From an uncultured Anaerolineales bacterium (GTDB lineage Bacteria > Chloroflexota > Anaerolineae > Anaerolineales > UBA11858), in the NCBI GenBank assembly GCA_964438295.1, contig CAYTKR010000004.1, positions 9,849 through 73,848 of the forward strand: 64,000 bases of DNA, in the 5' to 3' direction. A program made the position numbers and the translations under genes. Each line of letters starts with the position of its first letter. The first letter of the stretch is position 1. This document shows, piece by piece, positions 53,273-62,402 of this stretch. The notes under the pieces were generated by a model. It saw nothing but the letters and a program-made list of their open reading frames with translations, was not told where the DNA came from and made no database searches.

Positions 53273-54703
53273 TCAAGGCGTCGCCTTCCAGGTCAGGTAA
53301 TCGAAGGTCAGGCCATTGGTATCGAAATGAGTCGGGCGCAGCCAGCCATAATAGGTGCCCGTACCAGGCGTGAACTGATAGCAATAGTAATCAGTTTCAG
53401 AAATGGGCCAGATGGCAGCCTGGTTGTACGAGGCATTCTCGCAGTCAGACTTGGCTGGCTCGCTGGCCATGGCAGCGGAGAAGAGAACTTCATTTGGTGA
53501 GATCTGCATCACTGTGAGGGTATTGCGGGTCATTTCCCTGTATAGGAACCCAGCGAAGGTGCCGCTGCAGCTCTCATTGAGATTTCCGTATTGCACATCG
53601 AAGCACTCCCCAGGGAGCATGGTGACCTGATCGCCCTGGCTCTCGACGAAGAGAGCATTGGGATTGATGGGCTGCATCTGGGGTGGATCAACCTCGAAGG
53701 TCATGAAATCGAAGGTGACGCCATCCTGGTCGAAACGCTCAACCCGAATCCAACCGTAGGTCGTGTTGACGATATTGCTGATCTGGAAGCAGAAGTACTT
53801 ATCTTCCAGGGCAGAGTGTGCAATCGGAATATAGATTTCAGCTTCACAGGTAGCTTTGTCGGGCTCGTCATCACGGTTTGTTGCCAGTTCGGTATTATTC
53901 TCTCCATGAAATTTTCCGCTCGTCACAGGGTTGAACTGGTACATGATGTCTGCCGCCGAGTCGCTGCAATCTACTTCCTGACCGTTGTTGAGATCGAAGC
54001 ATTGCCCATCCAACAGAGTCAGTTCGGTACCCGTTATCTGCGCCTCGGGATTGTTTTCCGGTTCAGGGGTTGGGGCCGGGGTGTTGCCGCCGCTGGGAAT
54101 GACTTTGATTGCAACTCTCAGCGGGCTATTCGGCGGAGCGTCCATCCCAAAAACATGACCCTGTGCATCAACCATCTTCCATGCGGAGACATAAGCACCC
54201 GGTTGAGCGGGGGCCTGCATTTCGACAGATAGCGTTGTCGTGTGCCCCGGCGCTACCGGCGTAGAAATAGAAAGAATTTCCTCTGAAACACTGATATCGC
54301 CTCCCAGCATCTTCAATTTGTATTGCGGCTTCCAGGTGCAGTCGCCGGTATTCTCGATGGTCCAATTGACCTGAAAGACCTCATCTGGCTGGAACTGCTG
54401 GCCGTTGGTGACATCGGCGTTGGCGATGAAGCCCTCGCTACATTGAACTCCGTTCTGGGGCTGGGAAGGCTGAACTGGTTGATTAGGTTCCTCTGGCTCT
54501 GGAATGTCAGGTTCTTCCGGTTCATCCTGTTGTTCTGGGGGAAGTTCGATCTCAGGCTCACTTGTATCAGGTTGTTGAACGGTTTGATCCTCGGGTGGAG
54601 TATCCACCTCGGGGGTCTCTGATAATCCTGGCAAGGAACAGGCAAATTGTGCCAAGGCTAATGTAACGATAATCGACATTAGAACAATGACTTTGTACTT
54701 CAT
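53273..54703 (-). CDS. secreted lipoprotein with a duplicated C-terminal domain, function unknown
   Basis: Signal/lipobox MKYKVIVLMSIIVTLALAQFAC-S (ATG at 54703 with AGGAGG upstream) and a P/E-rich linker. A possible NBR1-FW-like segment (NWTIENTGDCTWKPQYKL) is followed by two related ~125-aa modules ending YGWIRVERFDQDGVTFDF and YGWLRPTHFDTNGLTFDY. Confidence 0.7.
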   Translation of the reverse strand: MKYKVIVLMSIIVTLALAQFACSLPGLSETPEVDTPPEDQTVQQPDTSEPEIELPPEQQDEPEEPDIPEPEEPNQPVQPSQPQNGVQCSEGFIANADVTNGQQFQPDEVFQVNWTIENTGDCTWKPQYKLKMLGGDISVSEEILSISTPVAPGHTTTLSVEMQAPAQPGAYVSAWKMVDAQGHVFGMDAPPNSPLRVAIKVIPSGGNTPAPTPEPENNPEAQITGTELTLLDGQCFDLNNGQEVDCSDSAADIMYQFNPVTSGKFHGENNTELATNRDDEPDKATCEAEIYIPIAHSALEDKYFCFQISNIVNTTYGWIRVERFDQDGVTFDFMTFEVDPPQMQPINPNALFVESQGDQVTMLPGECFDVQYGNLNESCSGTFAGFLYREMTRNTLTVMQISPNEVLFSAAMASEPAKSDCENASYNQAAIWPISETDYYCYQFTPGTGTYYGWLRPTHFDTNGLTFDYLTWKATP

Positions 54704-54783
54704 GACGGCCTCCTTTGGAGTACTCTCCATTTACTCGTTTGAAAAACATGAAGCTTGTGAAGTGGTCTTAGGATAGCACAGAG

Positions 54784-54803
54784 ATGTTCAGAAGTTGTTT
54801 AGA
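54784..54803 (-). promoter_or_regulatory. conserved 20-nt upstream element, copy A
   Basis: The plus strand reads ATGTTCAGAAGTTGTTTAGA, identical to copy B. It lies 80 nt upstream of the ATG at 54703. Confidence 0.5.
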
Positions 54804-55035
54804 TCGTGTTTAGCACCCCTATAGAAATTGTAAGAGAAATTTATATTTCAAGAGCTATTAATTTGGTATGCGGCTTGTCAGAGATAAGTGCTTCGGGTGA
54901 CATCCATAGCATTTACCCCCCAAATCTACAAACTTCTTCAGAGTACCTAGGAAGCCTACTAATTTGGAGTATTAAGGTGTAAATTATGATTTATAATTGA
55001 TATTATGAAATAAGTTGCACAAAGGAGGTATTTTT

Positions 55036-56229
55036 ATGTATGAAAGGGTTATTTTTGACTTCCTAATGGTTCTTATCCCCATCTTGGCCATCGTTGCAGT
55101 GATCAGGGCGGTTTATCGGGGATCGTATATGGCAGAGGATACGATAGAGGCCTGGAAAGGCTCTCGAATTCGCAATATCAAGCGTGAGGGCCGCGTCATT
55201 TTGTCGGATGATGTAATTATTCAACTTTTCAAGGGGCTGAGTCGCTTTGCCAGTACGGTTGTAGTTTTGGTAGGTATGGCCATCTATATTCCACTGGTGT
55301 TGAATTTGTTTCCTTCTACAAAATGGGTGGCGGAAAGCATATTTACCTCAGCGACAGACAAACTGATTGCTTTCAAAGACGCTCTAATTGCCTTCCTTCC
55401 GACCTTACTTTTCTTGATTGCTGTTGGTCTAATAGTACATTTCATCATAGGCGCCGTTAAGCTTTTCTTCCTTGAGATCGAAATTGGAGATATTGAAATC
55501 CCCAGGTTTCATAGAGATTGGGCTCAACCAAGTTTTCAGATGGTACGTGGAGTAATTGTCATGATCACGGCCTTGTATATGTATTCACAGATTCCTGGCA
55601 GTCAAACTGTCACAGTACAGGGAGCAGTCGTTATCACCTCGTTACTGGCTGGAATTGGAGCGCGTGACATTATTACGGATATGGTTTCCGGTTTGGTGCT
55701 CACGTTTTCTCGCACCTTTAGTATTGGCGATTTTGTAGAAATTGGCAATGTGAGCGGCAGAGTCGGTGAAAAATCTCTCCTGGTGACGCGCATCCGTACC
55801 CCTCAAGGGGAAGAAGTATCTATCCCGAATGGCAAAGTATTACGCAACCAGGTAGTCAATGTCAGTAGCCTGAAGACGAGTAAACCATTGCTGAAGACGT
55901 CCGTTACAGTCAGTTATCAAGAAGATTGGCGCCGTGTGCAAGATCTGCTGCAAAAGGCTGTCGAGGGCACCCCAGAAATTCTTTCCGATCCTGCCCCGAA
56001 TGTCCTCCAATCCAGCTTAGATGATTTTTATGTGCAGTACCAGCTGATTTTCTTCATAGATTTCACGGATAGCAAACTAAAGAAAATGAAAATCTTAACC
56101 AATCTTCACCAGAATATTCGCGATCTATTCGAAGAGGCTGGTGTGAACTTGATTACACCGCAATATATGAGTTCTTGGGCTGAAGCATTGGATGGCGGTT
56201 CTGTGGAACCAGATTTACAAGGTCAATAG
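55036..56229 (+). CDS. MscS-family mechanosensitive channel
   Basis: TM helices followed by the MscS beta domain (SIGDFVEIGNVSGRVGEKSLLVTRIRTPQGEEVSIPNGKV). AGGAGG lies upstream of the ATG at 55036. Confidence 0.85.
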   Translation: MYERVIFDFLMVLIPILAIVAVIRAVYRGSYMAEDTIEAWKGSRIRNIKREGRVILSDDVIIQLFKGLSRFASTVVVLVGMAIYIPLVLNLFPSTKWVAESIFTSATDKLIAFKDALIAFLPTLLFLIAVGLIVHFIIGAVKLFFLEIEIGDIEIPRFHRDWAQPSFQMVRGVIVMITALYMYSQIPGSQTVTVQGAVVITSLLAGIGARDIITDMVSGLVLTFSRTFSIGDFVEIGNVSGRVGEKSLLVTRIRTPQGEEVSIPNGKVLRNQVVNVSSLKTSKPLLKTSVTVSYQEDWRRVQDLLQKAVEGTPEILSDPAPNVLQSSLDDFYVQYQLIFFIDFTDSKLKKMKILTNLHQNIRDLFEEAGVNLITPQYMSSWAEALDGGSVEPDLQGQ

Positions 56230-56249
56230 AGCAAAGTGAGGTAATTAGC

Positions 56250-57227
56250 ATGGTTAGTTTAGTAAAGAGAGTACTTGGCAACTTAGCATTTGATTTTGGG
56301 CTGCTGTTATTCCTAGCCGCCATGGTTTCTATTCTTAGTTTGTTTGGCCTGAGGCGAATTCGGGCTGATTATAAGGAATTGGTCGAACATACATTTGAAA
56401 TTGAGCGCCTGACAGCAAGGATCGAGATCGATTTGCTTAGAGCTGTTGAGCTTGAAGAACAATTTCTTTTGCAATTGGAACATGAAGGATTTGAAGCTGC
56501 TGCCGAAAAATACCTTGTTCCTCACCAGGAGTTTACAGACAACCTGGAAGATGATATCGCCCAACTGATGGATTTGGTTAAAGACCACAAGGTATTGGGT
56601 GATGAAGAGATTGAAAAGAATCTCAACCAATTAAAAGAGAAAGTCAACCGCTATGAGGCCAATTACGAATTATTGATCCAGGATGTCGAGAAACGCGGCA
56701 CACTCGAATCAGGTCTTGAAGGCAATTTTCGTAATCGCGCAGCCTATGTGGACAATCTCATCTCTTCTCATGGAAACCATTTTGAGATGCACTACACGCT
56801 TTGCAAAATGCGCTTTCATGAAGAAGAATATCTTCTCGTCCGTGATCCAAAGTTGGCTGAAACCGTTAATCTTTGGTACCACGATCTGGCCATCCAAGTA
56901 CAAGAATCCGATCTGCCACGGGCTGAGATTGCCACGATCTCATATGAGCTGGAATTCTACGACAATGAATTTCTAGATGTGGTAGAAATTGACCAAGAAA
57001 TTGATAGACTGCATTCTGAAATACGCGAATTAGTTGATGAAATTTCCTACATCGCGGAAGATATCGATCGCATTGCCCGCGAAGAAGCCGCACGCGATTT
57101 AGATGATGCAGATAAGGTGGCCCGGCAAACCATTCAACTGGTTACGATGAGCGTTGTCGTCATTTTGGTATTTGGCCTCGGCTTGGCACTGGCCATGTCT
57201 TTTCAGATGCGCAAGGGTGATGAATGA
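56250..57227 (+). CDS. two-TM protein with a ~270-aa helical extracytoplasmic domain and no output domain
   Basis: TM1 is FGLLLFLAAMVSILSLFGL and TM2 is LVTMSVVVILVFGLGLALAMSF. The protein ends 8 aa after TM2. The coiled-coil-rich middle resembles a sensor-type helical bundle. Confidence 0.65.
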   Translation: MVSLVKRVLGNLAFDFGLLLFLAAMVSILSLFGLRRIRADYKELVEHTFEIERLTARIEIDLLRAVELEEQFLLQLEHEGFEAAAEKYLVPHQEFTDNLEDDIAQLMDLVKDHKVLGDEEIEKNLNQLKEKVNRYEANYELLIQDVEKRGTLESGLEGNFRNRAAYVDNLISSHGNHFEMHYTLCKMRFHEEEYLLVRDPKLAETVNLWYHDLAIQVQESDLPRAEIATISYELEFYDNEFLDVVEIDQEIDRLHSEIRELVDEISYIAEDIDRIAREEAARDLDDADKVARQTIQLVTMSVVVILVFGLGLALAMSFQMRKGDE

Positions 57228-57259
57228 GGCGTAATCATAGCGGATTAGTGAAAGGCTGT

Positions 57260-58789
57260 CTAAGGTCTGCTCTCTGGAATGCAAACAAGCTGTGATTGCC
57301 TGATTTGACAAGAGCCGCTGACTTCCTTGTTGGGATGTTGGATAGTACAAGCCGCGCCTACAACCAAGCTTCTGCAGGCATCTAACGCCCTTTGGTGTTG
57401 TTCGTTGTTTCTTTGAGAGCCTCCTGCTTCCGGGGGTTCAGCTTTGAGTGTTTCTCCAGGCTCTAGATTCAGGCTCGCCAATCCAGGGTAATTGGCAGCG
57501 AATTGTGTTACGCGAAAAACATTATCGCCAAAATCATAGCTCCAAACGATTTCGCCTGCTGGCGTGACCTCAAAGAAAAAGCCATTCGGGCCGCTGCAGA
57601 TCAGCGTATTGCCATTGGGTAAACGCTGCGCCCCAGAGATGTGGTCGGCGAAAAAGTCGGGGGGATTTTCGGCCTGGTACGTCCAGGTGGGGGCCTCAGG
57701 GCCATATGCCGCGCCAGGTGTCAGGCTATAGCTGCCATCTTCGTTTGAGGGTGGAGTAATCTCATCTACGGTGGAGTAAACACGGGCGGCCTTGTGCCCG
57801 TTGTTGAACACCAAGATATTGCCTCCACCGGGGTAATCGGTGGGAATCCATTGGGCGTCATGCTGAACATAAAGCTGCCGATCCTCTTCGGTTCCAGAGT
57901 CATAGGCCTCAGGGTTGCCCCAACGATAGAGCAAGTCGCCCGCGGGCCCGGCGGCTTCTTCGGTGGTTGTGTCGTGATCAATGATCCAAATCTCGCTAAA
58001 CCCATGCACGCTGAGCATGATCTGATCCAGTACAGCGTTGTAGTCGATGGCGTTGGTGTGGTTCCAGTCCGCACTGGACTCGCGGGCGGTGTGATTGAGA
58101 TCGATCAACTCAGGATGTTCAGCTACCACGCCGTAGTTCCCTTTGGTTGCATCATAATCCTGAACGAGATGATCCCAGACATGCCACTCCCAGACGATTT
58201 GATCGGTGTTGGGATCCACCTCGATGACGTGATCCGGCCAGAGTTCGCCATCTTTTAGTAAGCTGGGATCGCGCCCGGCGGCGATGGCCTCGGCGCGAGT
58301 CTTATACTCCCATGCGATCATCAGGATGTTGCCGTTGGGGAGTTGCTCGATATCGTGGTGCTGCTGCACCTGGTTGTTAGCATACCTGAATTCCCAGACG
58401 ACAGTATTGTCGGGGGCGATCTCCTGCACCACACCGCCGGATCCGCCGGCGTCGAAAACGCCTGTTTTTACCGTGCCGGGTTGCAGCAGGTTGCCGTTCT
58501 CCAGCAGATACACAGAATTGCCTGGAGTGTAGTCGCTTCCCCAGGTGTAGACGGCCACACCCTCGGCGTTCATCAGGTGAGTTTCAGTGGAACGAATGGG
58601 GGAGAAAAAGTATAGTGCTTCCGAAGAGAGCTGTTCCTCTGAGGATAGCAAATTGTTTTCGCCAGAATCATCTGGGACCGAAACTTCGCTTGTAGCCTCG
58701 GCTGTTTGATCAGTGAAGCCTGCCAGGAGTGAACAGGCTAGAGTGCTGAAAAGGATAATCGTGATCAGGAGAAGCTTTTTGCTGTGCAT
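57260..58789 (-). CDS. arylsulfotransferase (ASST)-like beta-propeller lipoprotein with a C-terminal 4-Cys module
   Basis: Lipobox FSTLAC-S, then ASST-like motifs LLENGNLL and QQHHDIEQLPNGNILMIAWE. The tail is ALDACRSLVVGAACTIQHPNKEVSGSCQIRQSQLVCIP. Confidence 0.7.
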   Translation of the reverse strand: MHSKKLLLITIILFSTLACSLLAGFTDQTAEATSEVSVPDDSGENNLLSSEEQLSSEALYFFSPIRSTETHLMNAEGVAVYTWGSDYTPGNSVYLLENGNLLQPGTVKTGVFDAGGSGGVVQEIAPDNTVVWEFRYANNQVQQHHDIEQLPNGNILMIAWEYKTRAEAIAAGRDPSLLKDGELWPDHVIEVDPNTDQIVWEWHVWDHLVQDYDATKGNYGVVAEHPELIDLNHTARESSADWNHTNAIDYNAVLDQIMLSVHGFSEIWIIDHDTTTEEAAGPAGDLLYRWGNPEAYDSGTEEDRQLYVQHDAQWIPTDYPGGGNILVFNNGHKAARVYSTVDEITPPSNEDGSYSLTPGAAYGPEAPTWTYQAENPPDFFADHISGAQRLPNGNTLICSGPNGFFFEVTPAGEIVWSYDFGDNVFRVTQFAANYPGLASLNLEPGETLKAEPPEAGGSQRNNEQHQRALDACRSLVVGAACTIQHPNKEVSGSCQIRQSQLVCIPESRP

Positions 58790-59148
58790 GTTGGTTTGCT
58801 TTCGTGTTGTTCCTAGCTAGAGCGATTAAAACCTATAGAACTTACGCAGTTTGGAGAGGAAATTGATCGTTAAAATCACAAATAAGCCGGTTGAGGCTCT
58901 CGAACCCAGCGGAGGGCTTCGAGAACATTTCGGTAAGCTCAATTCGCCGCCTCAGCCCTCCGGCGTAATTTTCGGATAGATATTTAGTACACTGTAAAAT
59001 AAGTTATTCTCGATTATCTCACTGAGCGGAGGAGCAGAAGCGTCTTTCGACTACTTCCCGAACTGCTTCGGGCTTCCGCTCAAGATGCTTCTGCTCCGTA
59101 GTCGAAGTGACACAGGATCCACTTCAAGTTACTTTGTTTACAATGTAT

Positions 59149-60477
59149 TTAGTTCGATTGAGAGTCATCAAGCGGGGTGCCGTCGAAACCGGGGTAGTCA
59201 GAATAGTAACGTTCAACACGGAAGACGGCATTGCGTACGGGATCGGGCTCGTGGATCTGGTATTCCCAGACCGATTGGCCTGAATAAGTTACCTCGAAGA
59301 GGTATGAGTCCCCTCCGTTGCAAGTCAACGTATTGCCGTTGGGGAGCCGCTGGGCCCCCGAAATGGATTTAGCATAAAAGTCGGTGGGATTTGGGGCTGT
59401 ATAGATCCAGACCGGTTCGTCGGGGTTGTAGGCGGAACCCGCGGCAAGGGGGTAGGTGCCGTCAGGGTTCACTGGTGGCGTTATCTCGACGATCGATGAG
59501 TATTTACCATCCGGACGTCTCATGCCGTTGTTGAAGATCAAGATGTTGCCCTCCCCAGGCAGCCCGGCCCCAATCCACTCGGCGTCGTGTTGGTGAAAGA
59601 GCTGCTGATCGGCGTCAGTCCCTGCATCGTAGGTTTGGGGGTTGCCCCAGCGATAGAGCAGGTCACCGCCCACCCCGCTATTGCCACCTGTGTGACCAGC
59701 CGCTTCAGCAGTGGTTGTGCTGTGGTCAATGACCCAGACTTCGCTGAAGCTGTGGACACTCAGCAAGATCTGATCCAGTTCTGCGTTGTAATCAACGGCG
59801 TTGGAGTGGAACCAATCGGCGGCGTTAAACCCGACATAGTTCAGGTCGATCAGCTCGGGGTGGTCGGCAACGACGCCAAAGTTGTCCTTGGTGGCATCAT
59901 AATCCTGAATGAGATGGTCCCAGGCATACCACTCCCAGACGATATCGCCCGTGGTGGGCCCGGTGGGTTGCACCTCGATGATACTGCCCGGCCACAACTC
60001 GCCATCTTTCAAAAGCGATGGATCGCGACCCGCGGCAAGGGCCTCAGCTTCAGTCTTGTACTGCCAGGCGATCATCAGCACGTTGCCATTGGGCAGCATC
60101 TCGACGTCGTGGTGCTGCAAGTGTGTGCTGCTGGAGTACTCATACTCCCAAGTGACATTTCCATCCCAGTCGATCAACTGGACGATGCCGCCTGCACCGT
60201 CTGCTCTGAAGGTACGATTACGCGCTCCGCCAGTGTAAAGCAGTTGACCGTTTTCCAGGAAATACACTACATTGCCAGGTTTGTAGTTGGTTTCCCAGGA
60301 GTGGACGATGTTCCCTGCATTGTCCACCAGGTTGACTGTCGTTGTGTGGAGTAGTACGAACAGGTTGTAGTCTTCGGTGCCAGGTTCTTCCTGACCAGCG
60401 GCCTTATCCACTAACGCAAACGCCGGGATCGATACGCTCAGCAAAACGATTAGGATAGTAAGGGAAATTTTCTTCAT
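59149..60477 (-). CDS. arylsulfotransferase (ASST)-like secreted protein (paralog without the 4-Cys module)
   Basis: The signal peptide and long blocks match the 57260-58789 protein (AAGRDPSLLKDGELWP, DYDATK.NFGVVA.HPELIDLN). Confidence 0.7.
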   Translation of the reverse strand: MKKISLTILIVLLSVSIPAFALVDKAAGQEEPGTEDYNLFVLLHTTTVNLVDNAGNIVHSWETNYKPGNVVYFLENGQLLYTGGARNRTFRADGAGGIVQLIDWDGNVTWEYEYSSSTHLQHHDVEMLPNGNVLMIAWQYKTEAEALAAGRDPSLLKDGELWPGSIIEVQPTGPTTGDIVWEWYAWDHLIQDYDATKDNFGVVADHPELIDLNYVGFNAADWFHSNAVDYNAELDQILLSVHSFSEVWVIDHSTTTAEAAGHTGGNSGVGGDLLYRWGNPQTYDAGTDADQQLFHQHDAEWIGAGLPGEGNILIFNNGMRRPDGKYSSIVEITPPVNPDGTYPLAAGSAYNPDEPVWIYTAPNPTDFYAKSISGAQRLPNGNTLTCNGGDSYLFEVTYSGQSVWEYQIHEPDPVRNAVFRVERYYSDYPGFDGTPLDDSQSN

Positions 60478-60492
60478 GCTGATCTCCTTTCT

Positions 60493-60530
60493 CCCCTCAC
60501 CCCAACCCCTCTCCCTCAGGGAGAGGGGAG
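60493..60530 (+). repeat. REP-like element CCCTCACCCC-N-CCTCTCCC-N3-GGGAGAGG, copy 2
   Basis: CCCCTCACCCCAACCCCTCTCCCTCAGGGAGAGGGGAG lies between the DUF1566-like gene and the ASST paralog. Confidence 0.6.
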
Positions 60531-60585
60531 TCGTGCGCGCCAGAGGCGGGCCTCCGGCCAGTGATACGGGATAAGGGTATAAAAT

Positions 60586-62214
60586 CTATGGTTGCCCTTG
60601 TCCTGAGCCCGTTGGAGGGGCACCACCAGGGCCGCCTGCGGGCACGCAAGCCAAGGTGCTTTGTATGTTCGTACAACTGCCGTCTAATGTTCCTCGGGGA
60701 GTATTGATGGTGCAAGCTGCCCCTTCACTCAAGGCTGAACAAGCATCGATGGCTTCTTGTGGAGGCGCGCCTTGAGCGCCGGGACCTGGGCCAATGACCG
60801 TTGATGAAGTTTGTCCAGGCCCTTGGGATTGGCCTGAGTCCGCAGGGATCCCTGCAAATTCCGAGCTGGCCAGAGCGTTCGGATCGGTTTCACCGCCGGT
60901 GAGAACCTCTCCTGTGGTGCCGCCGGATACACAGCGGGCATAGTTGTAGATGCGTACGGCATCACCCTGCGGGCCGTGGCCTGTTGGGTAATTGGAAGGA
61001 TCACCACTTTTTTGGTCAGCCCGTTGTGCCCCGGCGCCATGGACATCCATCCAGGTGCCGTTCATATAGCCCATCGAGCGACCGAAGTTGATGTATACAC
61101 CTGAACGACTAAAGCCATCAGCATTGGTATGTGTGGTGCTGCTCCAATAGGCTGGATAATCTGATTGACCAGCTTCGTTCGTGATCATAGAGACATTGAA
61201 GATAGGATCGATGGCCGCTGAGTTGGTTGTGTCTGGTGAGCGAGAGTAATCGACGATGCTGTGCAATTCTTTTGCATTGGGCAATCGCCAATCGCTGATA
61301 CCGCCATATTCGAGACTGAAGCAGTAGTTCAAAGCGCCTTCCCAGTCCAGAGAATTTCCGCTGTCAGATTGCATCCAGGTCAGGCCAGTGGCCAAGTCGC
61401 CAACAGTTCCAGCTTGTCCTGAGCTTGACGAAGGGTCACCGTTGTCGACGAAGTTGTTGATTCCATAGTTGGTGTTGCCGCGTACATAAATTACAAAGTA
61501 AGTCTTAGCCTGGCCACCACGCGTCGAGCCAGTGGGATACCCTTTGATTCGTCCGTCTGCGAAGTTGACCCCAAACATGGCCTGGCTACCGTTCATGACA
61601 CTGCCACCATAGATTGTGCTGGTGGCCCACTGCGAGTCGATAGTGCGTTCACCAGCGGAGGTGTTTCCATACTCGAAGACGAAGTAATCGGTATCGATGA
61701 AAGGAATACCTGTGCAAGTGCCTTCTTCGACACACCGACTGACGTCGGTGCCACTGAAATCGATCAATGAATATAGTTCTTTGATGGTAGGTAAGCGCCA
61801 ATCGTTGTACCCACCCAATGTCAGACTGGATGCGCTCGCAACCGCCTGGTCATAAGTCATTTTATTCCCAGGGTCTTGCTGCCACATCAATTCTGTCACC
61901 AGGTCGGTTATTGTGCCGTCACCATTATCCTGATAGCGTGCCTGATTGCCAATCACCTGGCCATCCTGTCCGTAGTAGGATTGTCCTTCTTCCGGGCAAG
62001 GGATGCTCGTGGAATCGCTGTAGCAATATTCTTGTCCAGTATCCACAATGGCGTAGTTGTAGCCAGTTGCGTCAGCCGTATTCTGCGCCACAGATTGGGA
62101 AAAGGCGTCCGCGCTATTTGCTAGAACTGAGGCGAATGGGAATAAAATATTGCTGGCCGTGATGGCGAAACCGAGTGCAATTGCAACAATAAAGGCTTTT
62201 CTTTGCTTGTTCAT
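60586..62214 (-). CDS. DUF1566 (Lcl C-terminal domain)-like secreted protein with a C-terminal 4-Cys module
   Basis: Two DUF1566-type motifs (DWRLPTIKELYSLIDF and DWRLPNAKELHSIVDY). The tail is AIDACSALSEGAACTINTPRGTLDGSCTNIQSTLACVP. The ATG at 62214 has AAGGAG upstream. Confidence 0.75.
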   Translation of the reverse strand: MNKQRKAFIVAIALGFAITASNILFPFASVLANSADAFSQSVAQNTADATGYNYAIVDTGQEYCYSDSTSIPCPEEGQSYYGQDGQVIGNQARYQDNGDGTITDLVTELMWQQDPGNKMTYDQAVASASSLTLGGYNDWRLPTIKELYSLIDFSGTDVSRCVEEGTCTGIPFIDTDYFVFEYGNTSAGERTIDSQWATSTIYGGSVMNGSQAMFGVNFADGRIKGYPTGSTRGGQAKTYFVIYVRGNTNYGINNFVDNGDPSSSSGQAGTVGDLATGLTWMQSDSGNSLDWEGALNYCFSLEYGGISDWRLPNAKELHSIVDYSRSPDTTNSAAIDPIFNVSMITNEAGQSDYPAYWSSTTHTNADGFSRSGVYINFGRSMGYMNGTWMDVHGAGAQRADQKSGDPSNYPTGHGPQGDAVRIYNYARCVSGGTTGEVLTGGETDPNALASSEFAGIPADSGQSQGPGQTSSTVIGPGPGAQGAPPQEAIDACSALSEGAACTINTPRGTLDGSCTNIQSTLACVPAGGPGGAPPTGSGQGQP

Positions 62215-62264
62215 GGTTTGCTCCTTGATTATACAAGTAATCTTGGACAAATCTTAACAAACGC

Positions 62265-62284
62265 ATGTTCAGAAGTTGTTTAGA
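62265..62284 (-). promoter_or_regulatory. conserved 20-nt upstream element, copy B
   Basis: The plus strand reads ATGTTCAGAAGTTGTTTAGA, 50 nt upstream of the ATG at 62214. Confidence 0.5.
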
Positions 62285-62402
62285 AGTTTTGTGAATTCTG
62301 TTGGTTTCTTGGTGTGGATTTCTAGCCCCTTCCCCCAAGAATTGGTGGTAATAATTCTGCTTTCTCTAATTGGGCGTGTGTGTCATTACCCTGGGATTGG
62401 TA

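Noticed and set aside
58790-59148. Interleaved complementary segments (GGAGCAGAAGC..GTCTTTCGACTAC ... GCTTCTGCTCC..GTAGTCGAAG) and a CCCGAA-ctgc-TTCGGG hairpin between the two ASST genes, considered as a possible pseudoknotted ncRNA.
   Set aside because: The pairings are short. There is no second copy or covariation in the window and no recognisable RNA family. The region is more simply a terminator/promoter region with REP-like debris.
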